64,000 nucleotides of DNA. Origin: the human T2T-CHM13v2.0 reference genome, Homo sapiens. Shown here one piece after another: positions 1 to 64,000 of the stretch. Each line of letters begins with the position of its first letter. The first letter of the stretch is position 1. A program made the translations under genes and the position numbers. The DNA is taken from the NCBI RefSeq assembly GCF_009914755.1, contig NC_060925.1; one strand, written 5' to 3'. The notes beneath the pieces are model-generated. The model was given only the letters and a program-made list of their open reading frames with translations, was not told the origin of the DNA and searched no databases.

Positions 1-78
1 GGCCTCAGGGCCTCGGGCAACTCCACTGACTTCCTGCCTCTTCAGAAAGCTTCCATGTGCTTTGAAAAAGTGACTTGC

Positions 79-61760
<61,682 letters not shown>

Positions 61761-61829
61761 CTTCCGTCGTACTACTGCGGCTCCCTCCGGGGGCTTGCCA
61801 CCGGCCCAGCGCCGCCTCCCAGGAGGGGG

Positions 61830-61844
61830 CGGAAGTGACGCAAT
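61830..61844 (+). promoter_or_regulatory. Overlapping ETS (GABPA-type) and CRE/CEBP half-site motif CGGAAGTGACGCAAT
   Basis: Literal motif 70 bp upstream of the UBR4 ATG. Confidence 0.65.
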
Positions 61845-61899
61845 CTGTCGCGTCAGACTGCGCGCCGCCGTCATGGGTCAAAAACGCGACGCGCGGAGC

Positions 61900-62071
61900 G
61901 GCCTTTGCTCTCACCGGGGTCGAGCCGCGGCGAGGGAACGGATCGGAGACGCTGCGCCTGCTCAGAAGGTAGCGCAGCGGGGAAAGGCGGGAGAGCGTTA
62001 ACTTCTGAGCCTGCGCGGTGGGAGTTGCTCAAGCAGGTGGTAGCGACTTGGCTTCCGGGCAGCGGGTAAAG
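61900..62071 (+). ncRNA. Probable first exon of a divergent lncRNA (I recall EMC1-AS1 lying head-to-head with UBR4); start approximate
   Basis: Consensus + strand donor AAG|GTGAGT at 62071/62072 at the CpG island edge; the identity is from memory of the locus, not from the sequence. Confidence 0.45.
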
Positions 62072-62781
62072 GTGAGTCTGGGGCATGGGTTCAGTGGGCA
62101 AGTCTAGGGCAGCAGAGTTGACTACGCCTCGGCGTATAGAATGGCCCTGGCCTGGGACAGCTAAGGACGACAAGAGGAGGCCGAAGCCTAAAACGCTTTC
62201 ACCTGCTTCTTCCCCTGCCTAGATCCCCCCAATAGTAATACTAAAGAGCGCCATAGTTTACAAAGATTTCTCCCTCTCACAACACCTTTTAATCACTGAT
62301 CCGTATTCCCTTAGCACTCAAATCTCTTCTGTTTGGATTGCCCTCATTAACAATCTGACCAGCTCGTACAATGCATCCCTCTTTGCAATTTGCCACGTAT
62401 GCTTACGTGTTCCCCTTTTTTCTACTGGCAAGGAAAGAATGTAAGCTTTTATTCACAGGAGATGCCTGAGACTTTTGCCGGTAAAATGATCTGGCTACAA
62501 GGTCTAAGAGGGAAAAGCAGTTTGCTCGAGGAAAGGTATTCGTGCATTAAGGACAGTCCTGTGAGTGAGATATTGGTGGACGGCTTCAAGCTCTAGCCTG
62601 TGGCCTACAGCTGGCCTAAATAAGACTGGGAAGGAACTGTGAAGACGGTTTCAAATTCCTAAAGCCCTGAAATTCTCCCCCTAAGTTTAGGAAGAGCTTT
62701 TGTTCTTGGTGTGTAACACTGATAAATGAATTGGTACCTAGTGATTAATCTGCACTTTTATTAAGATATGACATACTTTAC

Positions 62782-63241
<460 letters not shown>

Positions 63242-64000
63242 TAACACTATAAATATTGCAGTATTTCAAGATACTGAACCAGAGCCCTAAGGAAAGGCTG
63301 GAGACCCAGAATTTTATAATGGCTTTGGGACATGAATTTTATTTTAACCAGAGGACAAAATTAATCTGCAAAAGCTGTCTTGGAGAAATTTCAGGAAATA
63401 AAAGATCAAATGTATCTGCTGTCCTCCCTTCCCTCTCCAGGAGAATAAAAGGCAAATGCAAACTATCACAGGGAGATTTTCACCTTTACCTAAATTATTT
63501 ATTATATACTTTATATTTCTGGTTAATAGATTGGGAGAGAGCACTCCAGATAAAGAACTTCCTTTATAAATGCCACATTTATTTCAGTACTGGAGGTTTG
63601 GTCTTGTGTTGCCACAAAGATTTGGAATGGCATCTATGTTATAAATTTAGATGACAAAAGAGACTAATAAAAGACTTCTAGATGAAACACAAGCTTCTAA
63701 TATTCTGGTCCAGGAAATAAGATAGAAACTAAAAAACAATAAATAACTTTTATGAATTAACTGAAGGACTTAAAATACTTGTTCCATTCTAATCCCAAGT
63801 GTCTGCCAAGGAACTGAAATTTAAAATGATAAAAGACATGATACAGTCATGTTACAGGGAATTCAATGAAGTAAAAATGGCAGACATTGATGAATGGTAT
63901 GGTTTAAAGATTTGTGTAGAGGTAGTGATGAGGAGGCCTGCTGGGAGCTGGAAAAGTTCTATACCTTGACACAGTTATGCTTACATGGATATACACACAC

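Overview
Human-type genomic DNA (dense Alu, L1, L2, MIR and MER repeats). It holds the 5' half of UBR4 (p600, giant N-recognin E3/E4 ubiquitin ligase) on the minus strand. I traced 50 consecutive coding exons by hand, from the ATG at 61760 (MATSGGEEAAAAAPAPG...) down to exon 50 at 79..142. Splice phases are consistent throughout and the spliced frame totals 7494 nt (2498 codons), including the UBR-box zinc finger (exons 36-37). The gene continues past the left edge. Exon numbers are my own count from the ATG exon. A CpG-island promoter lies at about 61.15-62.2 kb, with a probable divergent + strand lncRNA. This is a known gene, not a new system. The most interesting signals the main exon chain does not explain are: (i) an alternative-splicing cassette in intron 49, with a 33-nt in-frame exon and a 37-nt stop-containing candidate exon sharing one RBFOX motif; (ii) a 21-nt candidate poison microexon with a perfect donor in intron 14; (iii) a GC-AG donor at exon 50; (iv) several short locally templated duplications; (v) inverted Alu pairs predicting circRNAs and A-to-I editing. 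Repeat boundaries and subfamily calls are by eye and approximate.
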